A DNA stretch of 64,000 bases from a virus, in IMG/VR virus record IMGVR_UViG_3300044675_005321, positions 3,647 to 67,646 of that record. One strand, given 5' to 3'. Of this stretch, positions 21,701 through 30,292 are shown piece after piece; position 1 is the stretch's first letter; the number at the start of each line of letters is the position of its first letter. The position numbers and the translations under genes were made by a program. Under the pieces are notes generated by a model that was not told the origin of the DNA, searched no databases, and worked only from the letters and a program-made list of their open reading frames with translations.

Positions 21701-22114
21701 AAACCAGCTGAAATCGTAGATATCTTGACTAAAGAAGGTTTCGCCGTAGATAAAGGCAAATGGTCAAGTGTTAAGGTAAATAAAGCAATTGAATATTTTA
21801 GCTTGACTCAAAAGAAGATGAGTACAGCAGAACAAAAGCTTGAAAAAAGAGGCGTGTATGATCATCGTTGGCTTGAGGGATACCCAACTACAAGGATTTC
21901 ACAAGAAGAATATTTATCGAAGTACGCTGAAGGCATGCCCATTGGCGGGATTACCTGTGGCACAAGTACAGATAAAAAGAGCGTGAGATTTACCGGCGCT
22001 TCACTTATTCAAAGCGTTCTAGGTGTATCACAGATTAAAGATGCTATTGCTAAGGCTACCACGCCCGAACAGAGAGAGCAGGCAGCAAAAGAGAAATACG
22101 GTGATAAAGAATAA
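18788..22114 (+). CDS. Primase-helicase (prim-pol-like N-terminus, Zn motif, P-loop domain)
   Basis: LDFD and TKHGLRV primase-like motifs; CPWH...CMHASC; Walker A AAGKT and IVLDN. Confidence 0.8.
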   Translation: MNEAKGKFYPHLSQDVLNQWYAEPLFCSILPNLKVKAGQYTNPAVFHVDLKEALRTQFNTDAQMQPAHAPQLVKSTAQSWRLGIEHIKDLQVQIDFIALDFDAKREDNPREKWAWSNDDFSACITSWNAHPILGNALTYKTKHGLRVILPLEAPFIVDKELRGKDWEKVYESVLARLPKSSFGAFDVSCDTVVKTYRMPQVIREKEYLHSFFYVPSKQYVHKIDMFSFFSDISYITAQRQAIRGVSQGLIEVFKDNKLYIEPMNKQINGELVHRVQCPWHDLHSSNDDKSTASVLFLGDNGWVFNCMHASCKIERTKPNALRNKFPRGWDDFVQDGFEYEFNSIDGQEIIRNLVEVLKSSKEAPFYQRGNEIVRVKMNLEIDRETIYTPSVEEITGYILQFSRWYTVKTTKEGVSRNYIALQVATIKIYYAYIKDMLPRIEGITSIPPVNGAFEPLQTHKGYCEAQACFYSPVKHFNFNALQDIPSSIKAAKDAAIRLLDLFCDFPFAQDHYRLMALATLFTAGFRKKIDAPAPLFLVSANTKAAGKTTFIQTALAGVYGIRQPTIMATPEKQEELEKQLNTMLLEGEDYIVLDNITQALGSGSIDAILTSSVYKTRVLGKSQMPTIKIRSFFAGTSNNAIMKADTDRRVITVRLVSDLDRPDERRDFKHRDILSFASQNTSSIWRDMLTIQKSFQELANVDELANELSSMGSFTEWADWVQYPVAWVGKLLGFMNVDIVEMSRSEIVSRENDDLNTIFQGLYGYQKDIGAGTQWNAQDLYTALKNKRSDDDYLEPLQDALLQGVSLSVVNIGRRLMKYKDKVCNGYKLQYHRVAGNKNTFSLVRITPPNERKEFMPEPNYQDWARVQTPTKEESAPVNTNEAITQDSILSQCGYKEDKDNKQRCNFLQKGNLCAFTVDTCEAAFIYQIDEPKKEQPKQESLFALETIDNFKQICTEALKQRLITLITELKKPAEIVDILTKEGFAVDKGKWSSVKVNKAIEYFSLTQKKMSTAEQKLEKRGVYDHRWLEGYPTTRISQEEYLSKYAEGMPIGGITCGTSTDKKSVRFTGASLIQSVLGVSQIKDAIAKATTPEQREQAAKEKYGDKE

Positions 22115-23265
22115 TGAGTTCAAAATTTACACATGTTTCAGCATCACAAATCAAAACATATCTTGATTGCCCCCGTAAATGGTATCTTCAAAAGATCGTA
22201 GGCTTACCCAGTCCATCAAGCGCATCTACCGAACTCGGTAAAGATATCCATAGCATTATTGAGGCCTATTTCAGAGATGGTTTAGATATACCAGATACAG
22301 AGATCGGCGCTATTGCTAAGAGGGGTCTTGAGTATCTACCTAGTAGAGATGAAGATTTAGCGATTGAACTTGGTATTCATGAAGCGCTACCGATCAAGGA
22401 TTCACCAGTTCCGATTATGGGGTTTATTGATTTACTCCATAAAGGACAAGGGTTTGTACGAATCATTGATCATAAAACAACCAGTTCAAAAAAGTATACA
22501 AAGACTTCAAAAGAGCTAGGCTACGATGTACAGATGAATATCTACGCCCGCTCGATTTTTGATAACATGCCTACTCTTGAACATGTTGAAGTTATGCATG
22601 TTTACTATGGTACGAAATCGCCAGCATGGTCATCTAGTGTGTCATATATACTCACTAGACAAGAGAATGATGCGCATTTCAATGAGATAGTAAAAACAAT
22701 TGACAAGATGAAATTAGACGCTATAAAAGAAGAACTCGAAATTGAAAAGAACTTAGATTCATGTTTCAAGTTTGGGGGTTGCCCTTATCGCTCCGAATGT
22801 CTTTTAAAAAGAAAAGAGATTGACACTATGACACAGACACAAGGCCTTGATCTAGCAAGCAAGCTAGGACTAACAGCACCAAAAGCACCAGTTCAAAACG
22901 TATCTATTGCGCCTCAAGTAGAAGCAAAGATTCAAGCACAAATCGAAAAACCTTTAGCAATTGTCCCACCATATGAACGCCGATCATTGTTTATTGGTTG
23001 TTTACCTCAAAAAAGTATGATTGCGCCTATCACTTTTTATGAAGCATTCAGAGAAGAAATTCAGATGATTTGCAATCAGTTTCAAGTTTTTCATTTGTCT
23101 CAAGTAGACTATGGGAAAGGTTGGAATGCGTTTCAATCTTTGCTAGCATCTCAATCTTGGTCAAAGACAACAACAAGTATCTATATTGATCCTATGAGTG
23201 ATGAGTTTACAAGAGTAGGCAGTTTGCTAATTGCGAATGCAAGTACAGTAATTCGAAGAGTCTAA
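22114..23265 (+). CDS. PD-(D/E)XK nuclease (RecB/Cas4-like exonuclease)
   Basis: SASQI...CPRKW, GFIDL, IIDHKT, QMNIY and C-terminal C..C..C cluster. Confidence 0.85.
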   Translation: MSSKFTHVSASQIKTYLDCPRKWYLQKIVGLPSPSSASTELGKDIHSIIEAYFRDGLDIPDTEIGAIAKRGLEYLPSRDEDLAIELGIHEALPIKDSPVPIMGFIDLLHKGQGFVRIIDHKTTSSKKYTKTSKELGYDVQMNIYARSIFDNMPTLEHVEVMHVYYGTKSPAWSSSVSYILTRQENDAHFNEIVKTIDKMKLDAIKEELEIEKNLDSCFKFGGCPYRSECLLKRKEIDTMTQTQGLDLASKLGLTAPKAPVQNVSIAPQVEAKIQAQIEKPLAIVPPYERRSLFIGCLPQKSMIAPITFYEAFREEIQMICNQFQVFHLSQVDYGKGWNAFQSLLASQSWSKTTTSIYIDPMSDEFTRVGSLLIANASTVIRRV

Positions 23266-23271
23266 TTTAAA

Positions 23272-24903
23272 ATGATTGCTACTGAATGGGAACGCTTGAA
23301 ATTAGTTCCCTTAGATAAAATTGAACATAATCAAGATTTGACAAAATACCTAAAGAAACCAGAAGGCAAACAAGCGCTAAGGCCTATTCAAAATGACATG
23401 TTATGGCAAGCAATTGATCGAAAAGGCTTACTAGGTTTTGTTGCATGTGGTGAAGGTAAAACATTAGTCTCAATGCTTCTCCCTACTGTGTTAAGATCAG
23501 AACGCCCGCTATTATTGTTGCCGGCCTTCATGATTACACAGCATAAATCAGATCGTTGCTCATATGGTACTCATTGGGATTTGAAAGAAATGAAAGTGTT
23601 ATCATATGAAACGCTTAGCTCTCCAAAAAGACTAAAAGAACTTGAAGATTACGCCCCTGATCTCATTATTTGTGATGAAGCGCACTTATTACGAAATCTA
23701 AAAAGCGCAAGAGTACGCCGCTTAGATAATTACATGCTCAAGTTTGCCCCTATGTTCTGTGCGTTAAGCGGTACTTTGGTTGCGCGCTCAATCGTGGATT
23801 ACTCACATTTAGCATCATGGGCGCTAGGCGCTTATTCGCCTATTCCTAGACTATCTCAAATCGTGCAAGAATGGTGTTTGAGCATTGAAGACGGTATACC
23901 CTCTAAACTAGTGAGCGAAATCATCCCTAAAGGTTCAAAAGAAGAATATTTATCAAGACTTCAGAGAACAAAAGGGATTGTTATCACTAAAAGTCAAGAG
24001 GTTGGCGCATCACTGATTATCAACAAAGAAAAAATCAGCATGCCCGCCAGCCTTAAAAAGAGTATCGCAATTGCAATGAGCACAAATGACATTGTGAGCG
24101 CTACAAATGAAATTCTTGACAGTGAACAGCTTGAAGCTGTGTTTCAATCATCTGATCTATGGACTCCGAAAGATGCTTTTTTGCTTAGAGTATGGGGGCA
24201 AATCTCTTGCGGGTTTATCTATGCTTGGGATTGGGAAGATAGAAAAATTGATCATGAATGGATTGAGTATAAAAGAGCGTGGGGGCGTGCATCGTTTCAA
24301 ATGCTTGAACGCTCAAACTTTGATAGCATCTCTTTGATTTCACAGTATGCAGAGACTAAAGAAGCGCCAAAAGCTCTATCTATAGCATGGCAAAATTGGA
24401 AGAGTGTAAAAGATAGGGAAGCGCCAAAAACAAAGGCGATTTGGCTTGATGATTTCTTGATCGACTATGTGCAAAAATGGACACTTGAACAATCTGAACC
24501 GGTTTTAATATGGTGTGCATATTCAGCCCTTGCGCATAGGTTAAAAGACGCCTTGAATTGTGAATTGTACGGCGCAGGCAATGAAGATGCAAAAAGACTT
24601 GATACAAATAAACACAAGGCACATACAGCAATCATGAGTATCCAAGCACATGGCACAGGGAAGAACTTACAAGCATGGAATAATCAAATCATCGTTCACC
24701 CTTTGGCGCATCCTAGCACATGGGAACAAATGCTAGCTAGGACACATAGACCAGGGCAATCAGCAGATGAAGTACATGTATCTATCTTAAATATGGGCTT
24801 ATTTGCTAAATCGTTTAGTAAAGCGCTTAGAGATGCTCAATATATACAAGATACAACCGGTCAGAAACAAAGATTGATCTATGCAACAAAAAATAATAAA
24901 TAA
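23272..24903 (+). CDS. SF2 (SNF2-like) helicase
   Basis: GEGKT, DEAH, LSGT, GKNLQ and QMLARTHRPGQ motifs. Confidence 0.85.
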   Translation: MIATEWERLKLVPLDKIEHNQDLTKYLKKPEGKQALRPIQNDMLWQAIDRKGLLGFVACGEGKTLVSMLLPTVLRSERPLLLLPAFMITQHKSDRCSYGTHWDLKEMKVLSYETLSSPKRLKELEDYAPDLIICDEAHLLRNLKSARVRRLDNYMLKFAPMFCALSGTLVARSIVDYSHLASWALGAYSPIPRLSQIVQEWCLSIEDGIPSKLVSEIIPKGSKEEYLSRLQRTKGIVITKSQEVGASLIINKEKISMPASLKKSIAIAMSTNDIVSATNEILDSEQLEAVFQSSDLWTPKDAFLLRVWGQISCGFIYAWDWEDRKIDHEWIEYKRAWGRASFQMLERSNFDSISLISQYAETKEAPKALSIAWQNWKSVKDREAPKTKAIWLDDFLIDYVQKWTLEQSEPVLIWCAYSALAHRLKDALNCELYGAGNEDAKRLDTNKHKAHTAIMSIQAHGTGKNLQAWNNQIIVHPLAHPSTWEQMLARTHRPGQSADEVHVSILNMGLFAKSFSKALRDAQYIQDTTGQKQRLIYATKNNK

Positions 24904-24944
24904 TTTGTAAAAAGTCTTGACAAACTAGAAAACTATGCTATTTT
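24904..24944 (+). promoter_or_regulatory. Sigma70-type promoter upstream of the SSB-like gene
   Basis: TTTGTAAAAAGTC-TTGACA-16 bp-TATTTT. Confidence 0.55.
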
Positions 24945-24987
24945 GATTTTACAAACATGCTCAACCCTTAAAACAAGGAAATGACAA

Positions 24988-25497
24988 ATGACATTTGACA
25001 TTAGCAAATATGCCGGACAGATTGCACAAGCAACACAAGCCCGCGTGTCTCGTGATAACATTGCTCAAGGTGATCACATTTTACAAATCGAAGGCGTTAA
25101 AGGCCTCACAAGTCAAAATGATGGTTCTGATTATATCATCATTGAAGCATCAATCGCGTCAAGCAGTACAATGCAAATCGGGACACCTGTAAAGCATATG
25201 TACAAATTGACCGGCGTACCAGCGTGGAAGCAAAAAGGCAACATTGAGGCGCTCAAGTCTTTTGTGTGTTCTGTTTTGCCCCCTGAATTTAGATCACAAG
25301 TATCAGCTGAAATCGTGATCAATGCTTGTAATGGTGGATCTGAATCCGTACTTGTAAATCATCAAGTACGCTGTCGCGTTGTTGAAAAGAAAAGCAAACT
25401 TGATAAAGCGTTTCTTGAGACCAATTGGATGCCTGTAGATGGTGCATTGTCCCCATCATCAAACAATGATGATGATCTTGACAACCTACCATTCTAA
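24988..25497 (+). CDS. Putative single-stranded DNA-binding protein
   Basis: Acidic C-terminal tail DDDLDNLPF; located in the replication module. Confidence 0.7.
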   Translation: MTFDISKYAGQIAQATQARVSRDNIAQGDHILQIEGVKGLTSQNDGSDYIIIEASIASSSTMQIGTPVKHMYKLTGVPAWKQKGNIEALKSFVCSVLPPEFRSQVSAEIVINACNGGSESVLVNHQVRCRVVEKKSKLDKAFLETNWMPVDGALSPSSNNDDDLDNLPF

Positions 25498-25585
25498 AAA
25501 TTTGTAGTACGTACAAAAAAACTATTGACAAACCACAAAAAGAAGCTAAGATCAAAATAGCTCCGTAGTGGAGGTTAAGGCGTAG

Positions 25586-25619
25586 AAAAACCCGCGTGTT
25601 AATTCATGCGGGTTTTTTT
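25586..25619 (+). terminator. Rho-independent terminator (possibly bidirectional)
   Basis: AAAAACCCGCGTG-ttaatt-CATGCGGGTTTTTTT. Confidence 0.8.
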
Positions 25620-25650
25620 ACATTTAGTTTCTAAGATATATTTATTTAAT

Positions 25651-25691
25651 TTTGTAAATTTATTGACAAATTGAAAAACAAGCGGTATTAT
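25651..25691 (+). promoter_or_regulatory. Sigma70-type promoter of the DNA polymerase gene
   Basis: TTTGTAAATTTA-TTGACA-17 bp-TATTAT. Confidence 0.75.
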
Positions 25692-25722
25692 CAAACACCT
25701 TAGCCACACAACAGGAGAAACT

Positions 25723-27612
25723 ATGAAATATGTTGCTATTGATACAGAAACACATTTAATTGTTGATAACAATGTCCCAGCCCCTATTTGCTTAACAGCC
25801 TTTTTGATGGATGAGCAAGATAACACAGATTCATTTATTGCCCGCTTTGATACAACATTGTATACATGGTTAAAGAGTGTTTTTCTTGATACCAGTAGAA
25901 CAATTATCATGCACAACGCGGCCTTTGATTTATCTGTCATCTGTGCCTCATATCCAACGCTTTACGGCCCCGTATTTCGAGCGCTTAAAGAAGGTAGGGT
26001 ACATGATACCGGTATCATTGAAAAACTACATAAAATCGCTCATGGGGGCGAAGGTGTAGGGATGATAGATGTAAATGGTTCTAAGGTCTCTAAATTGTCT
26101 CTTGCCGGTCTTGTGTACAAGTACTTTATGATTGATATCACAGCCAGCAAACAAGCGGATTCCATACGCTATAATTATGATTCTCTTAGATCTCAATCCC
26201 TTGAGATTTGGAGTCATGAAGCTAAAATTTACGCTGTTTATGATGCTATGTACACATTTCTAGTTTATCAAGTACAAATGGCGCAAATTCCCCAAGATGA
26301 GATCATGGGGCACGCTAAACAAGTATCCTATGATTTCGCGCTACGCTTGACAGGTTCGCAAGGTATTTGTGTTGATGCCTCAAAAGTATCATCTGTAAAA
26401 AAGAGCTTAGAGGATGCAATTAGAGAAACCGCAACGCCTTTACTTGATGCAGGTATCTTGAAAATCGAAAAGGGCGAAATTAAAGAGAATAAGAGTGTTT
26501 TAAAGGCAAAAGTACAAACAGCGTATGAGTCTATGAAAAAAGAGATCAAAAAGACAAATTCGGGCGAAATTAGCGTAGATAAAGGCGCACTAGAAGAGAG
26601 TGAGGATGCGGACTTGTTAGCACTCTTAGAATATAGAGAAATAACTAAGCTTCTCAGTACCTACATTGACAGCGTTGAGATGGTCAATTTGCCCCGTATG
26701 GATGGGCGCTTACGATGTGATTATGAAGTCTTGCAAGCTACCGGCCGGACTAGTTCAAAAGATCCTAATTTGCAAAATCTACCACGCAGGGAAGGAATTA
26801 GAGATTGTTTCGTTCCTAGTCAATGTTTTGTCTTTGTGGCTTGTGATTATGACGCCGCCGAACTAAGAACACTTGCACAATGCCATTATTCCATTACAGG
26901 CAAAGAAAGTCCCCTTCTACGCATGTATAAGCAAGATTCGGGGTTTGACCCTCATACATGGTTTGCGTGTAAAATGCTTAATATAACGTATGAAGAGGGT
27001 ATGACTAGAAAGTCTCAAGGTGATAAAGAAATCAAGAAGCAAAGACAACGCGCGAAGGCTTGTAATTTTGGATTTCCAGGCGGTATGGGCGCCAGCTCAT
27101 TTATGGCGTATGCTAAAGGGTACGGGGTATCCCTCACAAGAGACGAAGCGCAAGACCTAAAGAACCAATGGTTTGACGCGTGGCAACTTTGGGATTGGTT
27201 AGATCATGCACAAGACGCACACGATCAAGGATTTGTTATTATTCCTCAATCACAACGCAAGCGGGGGCGTGTGTCTTTTACTCAAGCTTGTAATACACCC
27301 TTTCAAGGATTAGCCAGCGATGGGGCGAAAGAGGCCTTATTTAGGGTTGCGCTTGAATGCTTTTCTGATACGGATAGCCCTTTATATGGTTCTAGACCGG
27401 TTGTCTTTATTCATGATGAAATTATTATCGAGGCGCCAGAATATAAGGCGCAATCAGCCGCTAAGAGATTACAAGAAGTGATGATTGATGCTATGCAAAC
27501 ATTTTGCCCCGATACACCTATCGAGGCATCGCCAACACTTATGCGCTTGTGGTCAAAGAATGCTGAAAGCAAAATAGATGCTGATGGTAATTACACAATA
27601 TGGACTAATTAA
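25723..27612 (+). CDS. polA: Family A DNA polymerase with 3'-5' exonuclease
   Basis: DTET, HNAAFD, TGRTSS..PNLQN, DYDAAELR, RQRAKACNFG and IHDE motifs. Confidence 0.95.
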   Translation: MKYVAIDTETHLIVDNNVPAPICLTAFLMDEQDNTDSFIARFDTTLYTWLKSVFLDTSRTIIMHNAAFDLSVICASYPTLYGPVFRALKEGRVHDTGIIEKLHKIAHGGEGVGMIDVNGSKVSKLSLAGLVYKYFMIDITASKQADSIRYNYDSLRSQSLEIWSHEAKIYAVYDAMYTFLVYQVQMAQIPQDEIMGHAKQVSYDFALRLTGSQGICVDASKVSSVKKSLEDAIRETATPLLDAGILKIEKGEIKENKSVLKAKVQTAYESMKKEIKKTNSGEISVDKGALEESEDADLLALLEYREITKLLSTYIDSVEMVNLPRMDGRLRCDYEVLQATGRTSSKDPNLQNLPRREGIRDCFVPSQCFVFVACDYDAAELRTLAQCHYSITGKESPLLRMYKQDSGFDPHTWFACKMLNITYEEGMTRKSQGDKEIKKQRQRAKACNFGFPGGMGASSFMAYAKGYGVSLTRDEAQDLKNQWFDAWQLWDWLDHAQDAHDQGFVIIPQSQRKRGRVSFTQACNTPFQGLASDGAKEALFRVALECFSDTDSPLYGSRPVVFIHDEIIIEAPEYKAQSAAKRLQEVMIDAMQTFCPDTPIEASPTLMRLWSKNAESKIDADGNYTIWTN

Positions 27613-27887
27613 ATATTCTTCTTTTGTTGTAGGTTTACTAAGCGTTCTTCAATTCTACCAAGTAAAACCTTGATATCTGATATCTCTGAAACTAGCTTAT
27701 CTTGCTTAGTATCCATCGATCTAATTTCTTGTTCAATAGATACATGTTTATCAGTTAAATTCTTAATCTCTTGCTCTAGTCTAACTAATCGTTGTTCTTT
27801 ATCACTTAATGACTTATAGATAGGGTAGATGGATGAAATCAAGGTTGATACACCCGCAATTGAGATGGTGATTGTTTGATTGTCCAT
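27609..27887 (-). CDS. Putative holin-like protein (TM helix plus coiled coil)
   Basis: Hydrophobic N-terminus, heptad C-terminus; adjacent to the endolysin. Confidence 0.45.
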   Translation of the reverse strand: MDNQTITISIAGVSTLISSIYPIYKSLSDKEQRLVRLEQEIKNLTDKHVSIEQEIRSMDTKQDKLVSEISDIKVLLGRIEERLVNLQQKKNI

Positions 27888-27893
27888 TTGATA

Positions 27894-28373
27894 CTATCCT
27901 TTCCACTGTGTGAGGGTGCCACGTATATCATAATGAACAAAATTTTCATAAATACCTACGCCGCCTTTTTTCATTTTGCCTTGATCAATAAGCTTCAAGA
28001 TCGTTTGTTGTACTTGTGCGGGGCTTAACCCGTCGATTCTGATATCTGAGGCCTTCGCCTGTAAGTGTTGACTATTTTTTGAACCCTTACACTGTGCATT
28101 AAGCTTCTCATCACGATAACCACCGCCAGGGATGATCTTAATAGGTTTTTTGACTTCGTTTCTAAGTACTTGAAGATTTTCTAGTAGTTCTTGCGCATTG
28201 TTCAATAATTCACTAGGAACGCTACAAGAATATTCTAGTTCACTGATTGAAAAATTTTCAGTCCCTAATTTCTTATCTACCGAAGGCACAGAAACCGCCG
28301 GCGATTGCTCCAATGGTACTAAATCCGAGGTTGAAGTATTCAGAGATTTTTGTGTTCTTGTTCTCACAGCCAT
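27894..28373 (-). CDS. Peptidase M15A-type endolysin
   Basis: GYR...N...SQHL...ASDI...FVHYDIR zinc peptidase motifs; AAGGAGG RBS. Confidence 0.85.
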   Translation of the reverse strand: MAVRTRTQKSLNTSTSDLVPLEQSPAVSVPSVDKKLGTENFSISELEYSCSVPSELLNNAQELLENLQVLRNEVKKPIKIIPGGGYRDEKLNAQCKGSKNSQHLQAKASDIRIDGLSPAQVQQTILKLIDQGKMKKGGVGIYENFVHYDIRGTLTQWKG

Positions 28374-28551
28374 TTAATGCCTCCTTGAGTTCATCATTTT
28401 GTTGTTTCAATTGTTTATTCTCTTCTTTTAGTCTATTTATTTCAAGTTTCAAGTTTCTAAGTTCTTGAGCAAATAACTTGATCAATGCATCATCTTCTTG
28501 AGCTTGAGTAGTAGAAATAAGAAGGATTGTAAAAAATAGGGCACGTTTCAT
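28273..28551 (-). CDS. Signal-peptide coiled-coil protein, possibly spanin-like
   Basis: MKRALFFTILLISTTQA signal, coiled coil, C-terminal hydrophobic segment; in the lysis cassette. Confidence 0.45.
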   Translation of the reverse strand: MKRALFFTILLISTTQAQEDDALIKLFAQELRNLKLEINRLKEENKQLKQQNDELKEALNGCENKNTKISEYFNLGFSTIGAIAGGFCAFGR

Positions 28552-28552
28552 G

Positions 28553-29470
28553 TTAAACTTTCACATATCCATCATTAGAGATTGGGACTTCTAGCCAGCG
28601 TATCCCCGTCCATACCCATTTCCATGAATTTTGCCCCCCCATTGCTCTACTATCGCCTGCGGTTCCTGATGAACCTACAACCGCACTTACAAGCGTTTGA
28701 GACGTTGGCGGGCTTGTGATCGTGATGGCGGCCGTTGTTGAATTATCCATCTGCATAAATCCAAACCAATCCCCAGCTTGTGTCGGAATAGGGGCGTAGA
28801 ATGTTTGTGTCCAAGACGTTGTATTGACCCAAAATTTATTTAATGCTTCGGGGGGCATTTGTTGCGCAACACCCCAAGACGTGATTTTCTCATTTGCATC
28901 TAGTGTACGAACTACGGGATTTGCATACGTGCTAGCATCGATTGCGTAGATATCAATATGAGATTTATGTGTTGTAGTAGCAACAGCCGTAGTTTGTTGG
29001 TTGTCAAAATATACATTTCCCATACTTGCCCAACCCGCCCCCCTAGCAATGATTTTCACTGTCTTAGAGGATGATGAGCAATCCACAAAGAGTAAACCAC
29101 GATATGAGGCATTTGACCCACCAGGCTGATCAGTCATATAATGACTTTGGAATCTAGGGATTGTATCAACGCCGTCTATATTCCATGTCAGATATGGGGT
29201 AGCTACGTATGTACTCCCCGATGAGTAGTACATATATGGATCAAGAACAAAATAATAACCTTGAGGCAAAACAAGTCCATTTACAGACGTAGACACCCCT
29301 TCGATATATTTTCCCGCGTAGTGTTGTTGTCTTGTGAAGAACTGATGCAACTCAACACTGTCAAGAATACGCGGGTTGTATGTTGGATCTTGTACGCCGG
29401 CCACTGAATCAAAACCGGTTTCAATTGCGAAGATCGATTGATTGGTTGATTGAATAGGAATATGGGACAT
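28553..29470 (-). CDS. Putative tail-fibre/receptor-binding accessory protein
   Basis: Ser/Thr/aromatic-rich beta protein downstream of the tail fibre; start placed at MSHIP. Confidence 0.45.
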   Translation of the reverse strand: MSHIPIQSTNQSIFAIETGFDSVAGVQDPTYNPRILDSVELHQFFTRQQHYAGKYIEGVSTSVNGLVLPQGYYFVLDPYMYYSSGSTYVATPYLTWNIDGVDTIPRFQSHYMTDQPGGSNASYRGLLFVDCSSSSKTVKIIARGAGWASMGNVYFDNQQTTAVATTTHKSHIDIYAIDASTYANPVVRTLDANEKITSWGVAQQMPPEALNKFWVNTTSWTQTFYAPIPTQAGDWFGFMQMDNSTTAAITITSPPTSQTLVSAVVGSSGTAGDSRAMGGQNSWKWVWTGIRWLEVPISNDGYVKV

Positions 29471-29471
29471 A

Positions 29472-29861
29472 CTAAATCTCCATCTCAAGACGAATAGCGC
29501 CGGCGGTTGATGTAGTAGTACTAAAATTATCCATACTTGTATATGTACATGATGCCAGCCCTTTTGATAAAGGCGTATACCATCTTTCCGATACTGTGCT
29601 ATTTGTATACCACATAGAACGATTTGTAAGATGATCAGGGTTATTTAATGTTCGTTGTAAATTATGAGACAAACTAGTAGTTGTAGCGCCACCATCACCA
29701 ATCAAGCGAATGAATGTAGTACTGAACGTATTTCGGTAAATTACATAAGGGCCGGTTGCAACCCTATGACTTGTTGTCATACCAGGATAGACCACGCTAG
29801 CGCTACCCATAAACATATAACCATATTTTGAATTTCGAGATGTTGAACCTTCATAGCTCAT
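29472..29861 (-). CDS. Hypothetical Ser/Thr-rich virion-associated protein
   Basis: GGAGG RBS before MSYEG; coupled to neighbours. Confidence 0.45.
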   Translation of the reverse strand: MSYEGSTSRNSKYGYMFMGSASVVYPGMTTSHRVATGPYVIYRNTFSTTFIRLIGDGGATTTSLSHNLQRTLNNPDHLTNRSMWYTNSTVSERWYTPLSKGLASCTYTSMDNFSTTTSTAGAIRLEMEI

Positions 29862-30283
29862 AATGGGAACCTCCAGATGAGAAGAGATGATGATGGGCAT
29901 TCATAGGATGCCGAAAATTGTAGTTCACAATCTGCGGGGGCATCGAATACTAAATGAGCTTCGGTAGTTTGAAGACCATACGTACTAAGATACGTTGATG
30001 AATAAGGCCTTGATACAATAGGGGATGATGCAAACAATGAGGAATCCATCGTTGTAAATACGACGGTAAAATAGCGAAGTATAACACCGGTTGCGGTGTT
30101 TGATGATGCCCAATTCCAAGTTGCATGATATCTAAATCCGCCTTCAAGTGTTACATTTGTCCCGATAGATAAGGGGGTAAATGTGCCCCCTTGTAAAACC
30201 CATGGGGGGGATGCCGCGCTTGATTGCCTATTTAGGATACATACCCCAGCATGTCCATTAAAATTTTTAATTAAAAAACTCAT
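29858..30283 (-). CDS. Hypothetical Ser/Thr-rich virion-associated protein
   Basis: Follows the tail fibre gene; beta-rich. Confidence 0.45.
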   Translation of the reverse strand: MSFLIKNFNGHAGVCILNRQSSAASPPWVLQGGTFTPLSIGTNVTLEGGFRYHATWNWASSNTATGVILRYFTVVFTTMDSSLFASSPIVSRPYSSTYLSTYGLQTTEAHLVFDAPADCELQFSASYECPSSSLLIWRFPL

Positions 30284-30292
30284 GATAAGGCC

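Noticed and set aside
22114-23265. Cas4 as evidence of a CRISPR system
   Set aside because: Stand-alone PD-(D/E)XK nuclease in a replication module; no array or other cas genes.
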